DNA of 63,436 nt, the filler included, from Thraustochytrium aureum (lineage: Eukaryota), in NCBI GenBank assembly GCA_012862495.1. It is 10 parts of 5 records of this genome, joined end to end, with 100 filler letters (N's around TTAATTAATTAA, not from the genome) between each part and the next. Parts side by side here need not be neighbours in the genome. Positions count along the whole stretch, not along the records: positions 2,397 to 31,296 come from BLSG01000005.1; 9 more parts are not named here. One strand, 5' to 3'. The translations under genes and the position numbers were made by a program. The notes beneath the pieces are model-generated. The model was not told where the DNA came from and did no database searches. It saw only the letters and a program-made list of their open reading frames with translations. Position 1 is the stretch's first letter, and each line of letters opens with the position of its first letter. Shown piece after piece: positions 11,532-22,917 of the stretch.

Positions 11532-12888
11532 GCCTAGCGGTACTCGGGGAGTACTGCCAAAATCACGAAGCGTTTCCACTTTTCTGTCCTTGAGTCGGTG
11601 TGCAGGGCTCATGTTTCGCAGCCGGGGCTGACAGACTGCCGCTTGCTGTGGAAAACGNNNNNNNNNNNNNNNNNNNNNNNNNNNNNNNNNNNNNNNNNNN
11701 NNNNNNNNNNNNNNNNNNNNNNNNNNNNNNNNNNNNNNNNNNNNNNNNNNNNNNNNNNNNNNNNNNNNNNNNNNNNNNNNNNNNNNNNNNNNNNNNNNNN
11801 NNNNNNNNNNNNNNNNNNNNNNNNNNNNNNNNNNNNNNNNNNNNNNNNNNNNNNNNNNNNNNNNNNNNNNNNNNNNNNNNNNNNNNNNNNNNNNNNNNNN
11901 NNNNNNNNNNNNNNNNNNNNNNNNNNNNNNNNNNNNNNNNNNNNNNNNNNNNNNNNNNNNNNNNNNNNNNNNNNNNNNNNNNNNNNNNNNNNNNNNNNNN
12001 NNNNNNNNNNNNNNNNNNNNNNNNNNNNNNNNNNNNNNNNNNNNNNNNNNNNNNNNNNNNNNNNNNNNNNNNNNNNNNNNNNNNNNNNNNNNNNNNNNNN
12101 NNNNNNNNNNNNNNNNNNNNNNNNNNNNNNNNNNNNNNNNNNNNNNNNNNNNNNNNNNNNNNNNNNNNNNNNNNNNNNNNNNNNNNNNNNNNNNNNNNNN
12201 NNNNNNNNNNNNNNNNNNNNNNNNNNNNNNNNNNNNNNNNNNNNNNNNNNNNNNNNNNNNNNNNNNNNNNNNNNNNNNNNNNNNNNNNNNNNNNNNNNNN
12301 NNNNNNNNNNNNNNNNNNNNNNNNNNNNNNNNNNNNNNNNNNNNNNNNNNNNNNNNNNNNNNNNNNNNNNNNNNNNNNNNNNNNNNNNNNNNNNNNNNNN
12401 NNNNNNNNNNNNNNNNNNNNNNNNNNNNNNNNNNNNNNNNNNNNNNNNNNNNNNNNNNNNNNNNNNNNNNNNNNNNNNNNNNNNNNNNNNNNNNNNNNNN
12501 NNNNNNNNNNNNNNNNNNNNNNNNNNNNNNNNNNNNNNNNNNNNNNNNNNNNNNNNNNNNNNNNNNNNNNNNNNNNNNNNNNNNNNNNNNNNNNNNNNNN
12601 NNNNNNNNNNNNNNNNNNNNNNCAATGCTTCCGGCGATGTTTGGTTCCACCCGCCGTGCCACTCAGGCGCCAACTCTCTTCTGTCACGGGAGGGGCAGAG
12701 TCAGGCGTTGATATTCCAATTGTGTGCAACGTGTACTTTGCTGTATCGCTCTCCAGACTGCAAACTGCCCGTGCGGCGTCAGGCCCGTGCGAAGAGTCAC
12801 AGAGCGTAATTGACTTGCTTATTGGATTTATCATTTGAGGTTGAAAGTGGCGCAACGCACCTCCGCAGATTTGGGCGTTGGAACGCCT

Positions 12889-14763
12889 TTAGCCGTGGTT
12901 GGGCGTCCCGCTGGAAGCCCCAACTTCGACAAGCGTGCTGCTCTGCGCTGAGAGCAGATCACACGTTTTGGACGCATGAAAATTGTAGACTGCGCAGGCC
13001 GGCTCTTCGCGGCACGCGTTGCAACAAGCTTGGCCAGTTTTGGCGCGCTCCACAGTCGTGATCCGTGGGCCATTAAAGACGGCATCCTTCTGCTCGTTGC
13101 ACGTCTCGACGGGCGGCGCGGCGCTGGAACAAGAGCGCGCCTCGAAGATGCGCATCTTAGGTAACAGTCCGTCCCGTGCGAGGGCCGTGGCCGTGACGGT
13201 GATGCTCTGTGTGACGGTTGTGTTTGTGAGCAGCTCGATGATGCGCTTTTGGCCGATGCTCTTGGCAGCGAATACCTGCCTCCCGTCGATGCTGACGGTG
13301 AACGCCCGCACCCTCTGTCCGTGCGCCAGGTCTTCCCCCAGAACCACGCGGTTGATCACGGTAGGGGCCTTGACCGCGATCGTGCCTTCGGGCTTGCCCT
13401 CAAAGGGCTGCGACAAGGCCGCCTGCCCGCCGTAACAGTCCTGGACCCAGCGCCCGAACAGCTTGTATGTGGCGCGGTGCGAAGCGGGAATGCCACCCTG
13501 CTGGTCTGGCGACATGTCCAGCAGCAGCAACGACGACCTTCCCACTGTGCTATGGTATTTGCTCAATAAGGACGACAGCGGCGGCGCACAGAGCCCTGCA
13601 TTGAAGAACCAGCAGCCGGCGTACGGCGCCGACATGCGTGGCTGCTCCTCCACACTGCTGCCGTCAGCGGCGTCCTGAACGCAGTTCTCCTGAAAGCAAG
13701 TGTCGGCCTCGGGCGGGTACCAGAAGCGGCCATTCGGGTCTCCCTCTTCCTTATTTTCGTCCTTGAGGGCGTTGGCGGTCATCCACATATTTTCCTCGAC
13801 AAACCCCGACTCTGTGCCCGCCCATCGCACCGCGTTGGGCAGCGGTCCCTGGAAGCCGACTGCGGTCGGCTGAAGCTCCGCCTGAAGCGCGCGGATGCTC
13901 TCCTCCGTGCCGTCCGGATACCCGGCATCAAACCAAAGCTCGGCGACCGCGCCGTAGTCCGTCCAAAGCTGCCGTAGCTGCGCAAGCAGCACCATGCGGT
14001 ACTGCGACTGAGTTATGTCAGGGCACCAGGGACAGGACCGCCCGCTCTGCACCTTGCCAACCGCCACGTTAAGGTACGCGTTGTTCATGGCCCCATAATA
14101 AAATGCGGGCTTGACGCCGACCTTGCGACAGCTCGCTACGAACTCCTTGACAATGTCAGCGTCGCCACCCATGTATGGACTCTGCGCCACCGAGTAGTTG
14201 TAGGTGAACCCGAACTCCGGGAAAGCCGTGCGAGAGGGGAACAGTGCAAACCCACAACCGTGCGAGACCACCAGCACAGCACGCTTCGCCCCGAAGGAGA
14301 CAAGTGCCTCTGCCCACGCATCGGTGTCAATCTTTGCACCGGGGTTGAATACGGACGCATCAGGGACATACCCAACCGACAAGGTCTGTCCTAGCCGCCC
14401 ATCCTCGCCGTCTCCGCCCCCGTGCCTCGGGGTCGACCCGATCAGGCAGCTCTCAAAAGTGCCCATGTTGAAATGGATTATCGAGCCGACCTCATCCATG
14501 TGCCAGTCTAGCTGTGCCGCGGTGGGAAGCGGCAGGTCGTGGTCAACCCGTTTGACGTCTTCTCCCCAGCCGACGCTTCCTGCGATGCAGATGACGGCCA
14601 CGCACGCCAAAGCGAGCACCGCTGCAAGGCCCCAGCTCGGCCGCATTATTTTCCGCCTCGCCTCAAGCTCGGCCACTTCATCGCGCAAGCCGTCGCCTTC
14701 GCCGTGCGTTGCAATGAGCAGAGGAGTGCGAGCAAGCCATCGGGCTGCGTTGTCGCCACTCAT
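12889..14763 (-). CDS. Alpha-L-fucosidase-like GH29 with N-terminal membrane anchor, beta-sandwich domain and C-terminal PAN/apple-like domain
   Basis: PTAAQLDW, IHFNMGTF, FNP..IDTDAWA, HGCGFALFPS, DIVKEFVASCRK, ELWFDAG (nucleophile), RWAGTESG, WYPPEADT, YHSTVGR; C-terminal ACCNACREEPAC...CDL. Confidence 0.88.
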   Translation of the reverse strand: MSGDNAARWLARTPLLIATHGEGDGLRDEVAELEARRKIMRPSWGLAAVLALACVAVICIAGSVGWGEDVKRVDHDLPLPTAAQLDWHMDEVGSIIHFNMGTFESCLIGSTPRHGGGDGEDGRLGQTLSVGYVPDASVFNPGAKIDTDAWAEALVSFGAKRAVLVVSHGCGFALFPSRTAFPEFGFTYNYSVAQSPYMGGDADIVKEFVASCRKVGVKPAFYYGAMNNAYLNVAVGKVQSGRSCPWCPDITQSQYRMVLLAQLRQLWTDYGAVAELWFDAGYPDGTEESIRALQAELQPTAVGFQGPLPNAVRWAGTESGFVEENMWMTANALKDENKEEGDPNGRFWYPPEADTCFQENCVQDAADGSSVEEQPRMSAPYAGCWFFNAGLCAPPLSSLLSKYHSTVGRSSLLLLDMSPDQQGGIPASHRATYKLFGRWVQDCYGGQAALSQPFEGKPEGTIAVKAPTVINRVVLGEDLAHGQRVRAFTVSIDGRQVFAAKSIGQKRIIELLTNTTVTQSITVTATALARDGLLPKMRIFEARSCSSAAPPVETCNEQKDAVFNGPRITTVERAKTGQACCNACREEPACAVYNFHASKTCDLLSAQSSTLVEVGASSGTPNHG

Positions 14764-15125
14764 CGTCTGCCGCAGCGCGCTCCCTCCCTGAGTTGTTGAG
14801 CCGTTGTGTATCTTCGGGGTCTGGCTTGAGCGTTTAGGTGGCGCGGAACCTTTTTCGATCGAAGCACTGGGATTGGCCACGGTTGACCCTGAAGGTCCCT
14901 TTCGATGGATCCCCTCGGTCTCCTTGTTTTAAGGAGTAAGTAGCGTTTCGAACTGTTACTATCACCAGAGCCTCTGGTACTCACAGTTATTCACGGTAAC
15001 TTCGTTATCGCCGCGTTACTAACACCCGCTGATACAAACAGATCTCCAGCTCACGGCGGAACAAAACGAGTCGCTGCGTGCCCGCTCAGCAGTCCACCCT
15101 TCCTCGCTGGCGCGCGCACAGAGCC

Positions 15126-17188
15126 ATGTCGCAGCAGTGCCGCGCCATTCTCGGGCGCGTGGTGCGCGTAGCTCGGCACCCCAGCGCTGACCGCCTCGTG
15201 GTGTGCTCGGTCCAAACCGGCGCTGCGGCGGAGGCGACCATCGTCTGTGGAGCCCCGAACGCCGTGCGTGCCGCCGGCCGTTCGTGGCCGTGGCGCCTGT
15301 TGGGGGAAAGTGGACCGTGCTCGACGAGAGCAAGATTGGGCCCGCGGGGGATGGAGCTGTGGTCAAGATCAAGCGGTCCAAGATCCGCGGCGTCACCTCG
15401 GACGGCATGTTGTGCGCGCTTGATGAGCTTGGATTTGTCGCCCAAGACGCGCAGCCCGGCGCGAGGGCGCGCGACGAGGGCATCTGGATCATTCCAATAG
15501 AGACCGTCGAGTCCGCGGGAGTGGCGCCGGGCGACCTCATTCCAGACGCCTGGGCCGAGCAACACGGTCGAATTGCGTGGAAAGAAGCGCGCAAAGGCTT
15601 TGAGGACCTGGAGGCGCGATGGCAAGAGGCAAGCCGCCTGTCGCAAGTCGCCGCGCTCCTCGAGTGGGATCAGCAGGTTTTGATGCCCCAGGGCGCAGCA
15701 GAACACCGCGGGGCCCAAAAGGCCCTTATTGTTCGCACTGCCCACGAGCGCACCACCGACGCGTCGTACGGCGATTTGGTCGTGCGTTGGGAGCAGATGG
15801 GTGCCGGCCTGAACGCGTTTGAGCGCCGCTCGGTCGCCCTTGCCCGCCAAGACTTTGAACGGGACAAAGCGGTGCCGGGCGACCTTGTGGCAAGTCTTGA
15901 CCTCCTTCGCTCTCGATGCGTTCAAGTGTGGCAGCGCGCGCGAGAAAAGGGCAAGTTCTCCATTGTGAAACCAGCTCTACAAGACCTTGTGCAGGCCGCT
16001 CGCGAGGTTGCGCGGCTCAAGCAGAGCGCCAGGCTAGCGCAGCGCCAGGGCGAGGGCGCGACGAGCACGCCCTACGCAGCTTTGCTGGCCGACTTTGTGC
16101 GCGGCCTTGACGAGGCTCGCGTGTCGAGCGTTTTTGAGACGATCGAGCGGCGCCTCGGGCCACTGGTCCGCGGCGAGTTGCGCACGGGCCCGCTTGGGGC
16201 TAGTGAGTCAAGCCCAGACGTGTTGGCAGCCCCAGACCAGCCCTTTGAGCTAGCCAAGCAACGCGACCTCGCAGCGCATGTTGTCAAGTCGGTGTTTGGG
16301 GCCGACGGCGCTGCCCAAGTGCGTCTCGACGAGAGCACGCATCCGTTCTCGATACGCATCTCGCCGGGTGATGCCCGCATCACCACTCGTTACGACCCGC
16401 ACGACCTGCGCTCGGGGCTCATGGGGACCATGCACGAGGCCGGCCACGCCATGTACGAGCTGGGGCTTCCCTCGGGCGACTACATGCCTGCTGGCCACTT
16501 TCTGGATATGGCCGCGCACGAGTCCCAATCGCTCTTTTGGGAGCGCCATGTTGGCCAAAGCCGAGCCTTCGCCGAGTGGTTGGCACCGCGGTTGTGGCAA
16601 GACTTTGCGTACGGTCGTTTTGACCCCGCAGAGCGCGAGGCCTTTGCCGAGCGCGTCGTTGCGAGCCTCAACGCGCTCTCCAAGACACCGATTCGAGTAG
16701 AGGCTGACGAGCTCCACTATCCGCTCCACGTCAAGCTTCGGTTCGACCTGGAACGAGACCTCATCAACGGTAGCTTGGAGGTGGATCAACTTCCCGAGCG
16801 CTGGGCCCACGCTTCGAACGAGCTGCTCGGCATCGACTTGGTTGATGAGCAGGCCGAGCGGCTCGGAGTGCTGCAGGACATCCATTGGTACAGCGGATAC
16901 TATGGTTACTTTCCTTCGTACACTTTGGGGGCGGTCGTTGCCGCCCAGCTCGTAGAGTCGGCCCGAGCAGAGCTCGGTGATTTCGACGGGGCTGTGCAGC
17001 GCGGAGAGTTTTCTGCTATTGCGCACTGGCTCGCGCAGCGCGTGCACCAGTTTGGCAGGCTGGACCCAAGCGTTGATGCGCTATGTGAACGCGTTTCAGG
17101 CAAGCCCATGGATGCTGACTTGTACTGCAGCCAGCTCATTGCAAAGTACGGCGCGCAGTGCTCTGCGCAGAGCAGCCCCGGTGCGTAG
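15126..17188 (+). CDS. tRNA-binding OB fold (PheT-B2/Trbp-like) fused to an M32 (Taq-type) metallocarboxypeptidase; 1-nt frameshift near 15280
   Basis: HPSADRL, IVCGAPN, VAVAPVG, IRGVTSDGMLC..ELG; then LEWDQQVLMP, HPF, DARITTRY, HEAGH, HESQS, IRVEADELHYPLH, GVLQDIHW, GYFPSYTLG. Confidence 0.9.
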
Positions 17189-17273
17189 GCGATGGATGCT
17201 GACTTGTACTGCAGCCAGCTCATTGCAAAGTGCGGCGCGCAGTGCTCTGCGCAGGGCAGCCCCGGGGCGTAGG
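17108..17273 (+). repeat. 84-bp tandem duplication of the last 27 codons (including the stop) of the M32 gene
   Basis: atggatgctgacttgtac...gcgtagg at 17108 and 17192, with 3 substitutions. Confidence 0.95.
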
Positions 17274-17564
17274 TTTTGGACAGGGCGAAATGGAGAGCCA
17301 ACGTGCACCCAACCCTCATGAATTCTCGCCAGAGCTGGCCCAAGCAACTTGGCGACCTTCCGACGCGCAATCTTACAACAAAAGAGCGAAAGAGAACTGT
17401 CACACATCACCACACAATATACGCGACCGTCTGGCGGGGCGCCAACATCCCACGAGCCGAGCACGAGCCGAGAAAGGCCCCGCGAATGCGGTCCGGCAGC
17501 ACACCCACGGTCTGTGCGCCTCGCAGTCCTGTACGAATTGTACGAATTACAGGGGGAGACTTTG

Positions 17565-18752
17565 CTAGGCCTCAAAGCCATTCGTGTAGCCGAGGCTGTC
17601 CGGGGGGCTCGTGGAGCGGAGATAGAACGAGCGCTGCGTGCTCGTGTCGTCGGCATCTTTGGAGCGGTCGCTGTGCGACGCCTGGGACGTCGTTTGCCTC
17701 TCCCTCGTCCGGCGGATCAATTTGCTCGTGTTGCGGTGCGAGTAGTGAAAAACGCTCGCTTGAAGAACGAAAAACGAAAAGCTCAATAGCTCGCCAACCA
17801 CGGCCGGCCAGGAAACCCCACCGGGCCTGCTGCTGGCAAGCCAGCCGCCTTCCGGGACGGTCAACAAAGCAAAGTACGTGCACCCCGTGGCCACAATACC
17901 GAATAGCGTCGCAGTCACGCGCGTTGAGCAGCGCTTGATGGCCAACATGGTTCGCCGTGTGCGTTCTGCCGACGTCTTGGGCCGACGCGACCCCGTCGTT
18001 TGCGCGTTGGAGCTCTCCGACTGTGGCTCCGAGTCGGCGCCGCGAGACAGTGCCTCGTTGAGGAGATCTATCATTTGCGCTCGGCCGACGAGAAACGTCA
18101 CAGCAAGCACAAAAAGGAAGGGGATGGCTACGACCGGGCCGAGTGAGACGTTGCCAGTGACAGCAACGCCAAGCATGGCCACTGCGAAGACGAACCCAAA
18201 CGCGACGCAGGCACGCCTGTACTTTGTGACGTTGTTGATCATCTTGGCCGACATTTTTCGCGCCTGCTGACTCATCTCGAGCCACATCACGCTCACGTTG
18301 AGGGCGGCAAAGAGAGCAAAGACCTGCGCGCCCATAATCATAAAAGCTGTAATTGGGTGCCACTCGCTGTCCCGGGCGCCGTCCGACACTCGAGTCGCGC
18401 TTGAAATGTCCACAAACTCGAGCAAGTAAAACATTCTCCACAGCGAGAAGAAGAAGAGCGAAACGTTTACGGAGAGCAAGGTCGTGTTGGCTGCGTTCAC
18501 CTCCACCTTGAACTTGGACGTGGTGACGACCAGAGCGATGTCGCGGCAGGACAGAAGCCACAATAGGCAGCCACTCGCCAGCAGCACGCCCGATGTCACG
18601 AGCAGCAAGACCGGGTTGGCTGCAGCGTATCCTGTGCAGTCAGCGCCCGTGCGTCCAAACCATGGCGAGCATGCGCACGTTGGCTCCTCTACGTAGCTCA
18701 CGTTCGCGATGCAGACATACGGCGCCGCGCAGTCCGCGTCCACTTCGCACAT
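17565..18752 (-). CDS. Orphan 7-TM GPCR-like protein with N-terminal EGF-like Cys-rich domain (paralog A)
   Basis: MCEVDADCAAPYVC..CACSPWFGRTGADC followed by seven hydrophobic segments and a long polar loop between TM5 and TM6; start chosen by alignment with paralog B. Confidence 0.8.
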   Translation of the reverse strand: MCEVDADCAAPYVCIANVSYVEEPTCACSPWFGRTGADCTGYAAANPVLLLVTSGVLLASGCLLWLLSCRDIALVVTTSKFKVEVNAANTTLLSVNVSLFFFSLWRMFYLLEFVDISSATRVSDGARDSEWHPITAFMIMGAQVFALFAALNVSVMWLEMSQQARKMSAKMINNVTKYRRACVAFGFVFAVAMLGVAVTGNVSLGPVVAIPFLFVLAVTFLVGRAQMIDLLNEALSRGADSEPQSESSNAQTTGSRRPKTSAERTRRTMLAIKRCSTRVTATLFGIVATGCTYFALLTVPEGGWLASSRPGGVSWPAVVGELLSFSFFVLQASVFHYSHRNTSKLIRRTRERQTTSQASHSDRSKDADDTSTQRSFYLRSTSPPDSLGYTNGFEA

Positions 18753-19549
18753 CCTTGGGCCGCGCGCTGGAACTCGTTTGCACTGTTGTAGAGGAACTGC
18801 ACAGGAAAAAACTCGGACTGCCATGCCATGGTCGGTCGCGGTGATGAACTGATCAGGCAAGAATGGGCACGGGCTATCGTTTTGAAAGCAGGTGTGTGCG
18901 TACTCGTGCGCTCGCCGTTGCACTTGCATCATCCGAGAGTTCCCACGCTGCCTCTCTAGCTCTAGGAGCTGCAGTGGCAGTGGCGGGAATGGAGGCGGAA
19001 TTTCTCCCGTCACCTCTTCTGTCAAGGGTCACTGATTTTCAGGCTTTTGAAAGCGCCGCGCATGTTGGTTTTGATGCTGAGGCACGTCTCTGATCCTGCT
19101 TGGTTCTCAATCAATCAATCAAAAGTTGTTGAAGCGAACGGCGCGTTCTGTCCTTGCCCAATGGTTCGGGTGGCGCCGGGTTTTCATTGTGGCGCGAGTC
19201 CATTTCCGTGCCCCCAAAGATCGGTTAAATCAAAAAATAAAAACCTATTAAAATATATATGTGTGGATTTACCGAAATACGCGAGTAAAAAGGAAAAGGT
19301 AGCCTAGTCTACGGTACTCCTCCGTCGGTTCGTTTTGTGCTCTTTGGCGGACTCGGAGGGCATGCAAGACGACACACACGGGTCGACCCGCCGCGGTGAG
19401 CTGGGCTCGTGTTGCTCGCGCTTGGCCTCCGAGTAGGCCTACCGACTCACATTACAGTTGGTCCGCCTTTCGCACGCGCAGCTGGCATTCTTGCGCAACG
19501 AGACGCATCCTCTTGCTCTCTAAAGGGCTACATTCGCTGCTGAGATTGT

Positions 19550-21940
19550 TTACACGTTGGCCGCAGTCGTGCTCGGCGCGTCGGCTTGAGAGACTATGGC
19601 TGACACCTTGGCGCCTGTGACAATCATGTAAAACTTGGGTAAAAGCACAGGCATCACAACGCCGATCGCTCCCAAGGATCCGCCTAGTGATGCCAGACTG
19701 TACGCGGCAACCGGGTCCAGACCAAACCAATACACTGCCGCAACAGACATCGCAGCGCATATCGTGCAGTTGTACGTGCCAATGAAGATGTAGCGCGACT
19801 CACTGACATCGCTTACCACGTTGCGCAAACGAAACGAAAAGTAGCATGCTGCGGCGACGATGAGGAAGAGAAAAAAGACGAGCAGCGTAGGCATCCCTGA
19901 TCCACCAGAGATACATTCACGCGTATAGAACTCGCGGCGCTGTTCGTCAAACCTGGTGACCCGCGTTGGCTTCGGCGGCGAAGAGAGTATGAGCGCTACA
20001 TTCATCACCACAACAGTCAAAACCAAGACAAACAGGCGCCACATGAGCACAGCGTCCTTAATGATCACGGACTTGAGCTTCTTGGAGAGCAGAAGGACAG
20101 ACACCCTCCAAGTCTTGAGAAGCAGAGTCCCAAAGCATAGAACGATGCCAACAGAAACGCAGACAGGGGTTGCGATGCACGAAAACTCAGAAGGAGGCGC
20201 ACCGAACGAAGCAAAGGTGGGCAATTGAACCAGTGCAGCCCCCACAGTGAGGAGCACGAGGAACCGCCTTTGCCCTCGACGAATAAACGCGTGCGACCAG
20301 TAATATGTCATGAATGCGATGCACAAAAGCATCGTGAGCAAAACAAGGGCCGCCGTAGCGAGTGCCACTGAGGCCGCTGCCCGGGAACCGTTGGGGTAGT
20401 CGCAAGGCACAGCAAAAGACTCGATTGCTGGGCAATAGCGCTCTGCGAACGTACCATTCTTGGTGTAAGAGGCCGTGCGGACGGAACCGGTGCATGCGCT
20501 GGCCACGGTGAGTATATAATCTCCCTTCTCGGTGCTGCACTCGATGTCTAGGTCCAGCGGGGGCGTGGTTGAGCCACCAGCCCCAAACTGTGTCGTGTTG
20601 AAATTGTCCTCCCTCAGGAAGGCCCCATCCGAGGTGCGAATTGCACCAATGGTGGCCACAGTGCCGTCGACGCGGGTGTTGTAGACCGCGTAGTCAATGC
20701 TTTCGCGATCACCAGCAGGAGTGAGTGATACTGTCCCGGTAGTGCCTTCGATGGAGGCTGCTCGGATTGCGGCTAGCATGAGAGCGCTGTTTCCAACGTT
20801 TCCCGGGCCGACATCTTGGATGGCTTTCATCATGAGTAGAGCGCCATCGTATACGTACGGCGAGCTTGATGATACCGTGCTGGGCACCCAGCTATAGTTG
20901 CCAAACATGCCCGATACATCAGAAACATGGTCGGCCCAACAGTCCTCGAGTTCTTTGTAAGCTTGAGAAGTGCGGTCCACCTTCGGGCGGAGACCCAACA
21001 CGCCGGCGCCCATGTTATTTGGGAACGATGAAGCTGCCAAGGCCCAAGACTCGGATGCAAGCCAAACCCACCCGCCCCCTACCATGCCGAGCTCGGCGGC
21101 GAGTCGCAACATGCGAGCAGCCTGGTCGTCATACATGACACCAAGCACAATGCGCACGCCGGACGCTTTGATGTGTCGCAGTGCAGTGCGCACGTCCTCG
21201 TCAGAGCTCAGGGCGCCCATGAAGCTGGAGCCTGCGCGAATCTCCAGGTCTACGAGCTCCGCTGCAGAGGTAAACGCCTCAACGATGCCCTCCGAGTACA
21301 AGTCTCCCCGAAAGTGAATTGTCCCGACATGGGCCCACCCAAAGCTCTTGGCCAAATGCGTCAGCCCGGCGCCCTGTAGAGAGTCCGACGGAAACGTTCT
21401 GGAATACGTTGGAAACCCAGAGGCGACATCTCGGTTGGACAGCAGCGGATTGGAAGCCGTCGGGCCGAGCATCGGCACATCGTATACCTTGGCAACAGTC
21501 GCTGCGCCAAACGTCGCTCCGCTAAAGTAGGGGCCGAAGATGATCTGGGCCCCCGAATCAGCGAGACACAGGCCTGCCTCGAACCCTCCGTTCTGCGAGG
21601 CCTTGTCGTCCGCGTAGGTCCAATCAATGGTCACGCCATCCAGCCAACCGGGGGTGTTTCGGACTTTTTCGATCGCGCAGAGCAGTCCAAAGGTGTTCGA
21701 GCTTGTCCACTGCGCGCCACCACTCGTTGACATCGGCTGAATTACACCAAAGTGGACGTAGGAAGCGTTGGCTTGCGGCAGCCTCGTTCCGCGTTCGCAC
21801 AGCCGCTGTTGCACAAAATCGGGGCAGACTCCTCCGCGCCCATCGTCGCCAGACAGGCACGAGATCGAACCCAGGGCGGGGCCTATTGCGCTCGCTGATA
21901 GGACTGCAAGGTACAGTGAGCGCAGCTGGCTCGCCTTCAT
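19550..21940 (-). CDS. Class C (GABA-B/mGluR-like) GPCR: Venus-flytrap domain + Cys linker + 7TM
   Basis: Signal peptide MKASQLRSLYLAVLSASAIG; IFGPYFSGAT, ASNPLLS, YSRTFPSDSLQG, FGWAHVG, YVYDG, EGTTGTVSL..GDR; 7TM with FGTLLLKTWRV, SESRYI, LLPKF. Confidence 0.92.
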   Translation of the reverse strand: MKASQLRSLYLAVLSASAIGPALGSISCLSGDDGRGGVCPDFVQQRLCERGTRLPQANASYVHFGVIQPMSTSGGAQWTSSNTFGLLCAIEKVRNTPGWLDGVTIDWTYADDKASQNGGFEAGLCLADSGAQIIFGPYFSGATFGAATVAKVYDVPMLGPTASNPLLSNRDVASGFPTYSRTFPSDSLQGAGLTHLAKSFGWAHVGTIHFRGDLYSEGIVEAFTSAAELVDLEIRAGSSFMGALSSDEDVRTALRHIKASGVRIVLGVMYDDQAARMLRLAAELGMVGGGWVWLASESWALAASSFPNNMGAGVLGLRPKVDRTSQAYKELEDCWADHVSDVSGMFGNYSWVPSTVSSSSPYVYDGALLMMKAIQDVGPGNVGNSALMLAAIRAASIEGTTGTVSLTPAGDRESIDYAVYNTRVDGTVATIGAIRTSDGAFLREDNFNTTQFGAGGSTTPPLDLDIECSTEKGDYILTVASACTGSVRTASYTKNGTFAERYCPAIESFAVPCDYPNGSRAAASVALATAALVLLTMLLCIAFMTYYWSHAFIRRGQRRFLVLLTVGAALVQLPTFASFGAPPSEFSCIATPVCVSVGIVLCFGTLLLKTWRVSVLLLSKKLKSVIIKDAVLMWRLFVLVLTVVVMNVALILSSPPKPTRVTRFDEQRREFYTRECISGGSGMPTLLVFFLFLIVAAACYFSFRLRNVVSDVSESRYIFIGTYNCTICAAMSVAAVYWFGLDPVAAYSLASLGGSLGAIGVVMPVLLPKFYMIVTGAKVSAIVSQADAPSTTAANV

Positions 21941-22917
21941 GCTGTGTCTCTTGCCGTGGTTGCGCATCTCTTTCGATGTGTTTCCCCGCTCAGGACGACA
22001 ATCTTTCATGAAAAACCAGTCGGTAGGTAGATTGGGGTCTGGCTTTCGGCGCCTCTGGTCCAATCAAGGACGGGCATGCTGCGGCTTCCTTTCCCTGCTG
22101 AGCCGTTTCCCACCAAGCGGCGTGACGCGCGCTCCCCCAGCTCTCCACTAGCTGAGCTATAGCTCAGGCTCTCTCTAGAGCTAGTAGAGAGCAGAGTTGA
22201 GAGTCTGTTTGCTCGACCGGCCCAGCTAATCTCAAAGCTGCATCGTAAGAACCCTTATTATGACCCGGTTTTTGCAATAAACTCACTCTACACCCCCTAA
22301 TTGAGCCGTCAACGCATCTATCGCGGACTCGACTGCGGCTCTGTTCTGATCAGGCCTTGTGGAGGGGTTACGTGTCTTGTCGGTTTGCGTGTCGCGTCGC
22401 CGCAGCCTCGCAGTATTTTCGATTTGGTTGATTTCTCGGCGATGGAGAAACGAATCACCCCATCCAAAGAAAGCTGTTGGGACGTCTTCTCGCTCGCCTG
22501 CCCAAAGAGAGCTGTTGAGACGCTCAGGTCCTCGTCGGCGGCGGAAACAAGCGAAAACGAAACGGCTTCCGTCAGAATCCATCCCTTGGCAACCCGAACC
22601 TGCGCGTCGAGCGAGTTTCTGAACAAGAAGGAGCCCTCCTGAGTACTCTCCACCCACTAGCTCTGGAGAGAGCTCGACAGGCGTGTGAGTTTTGCTGTGA
22701 GAACTCTACTTCCACCTACTGCACGAGATGATTGACCTTGACTCGAGCCCTTGCACGGGCAGGTGCTTGCGGCGACTCGCCCAGCAGGAGCAGTTCACTC
22801 TGCCGACTGGCCGTCAACTTGCGACGATGCCCTTGCGCTCGCAGGAGGAAAACCATGATACATTTGCATTTAATGGATGGCAGAAACGTTGATCGCCGCC
22901 GTCGCCAAAGCGCAGAG

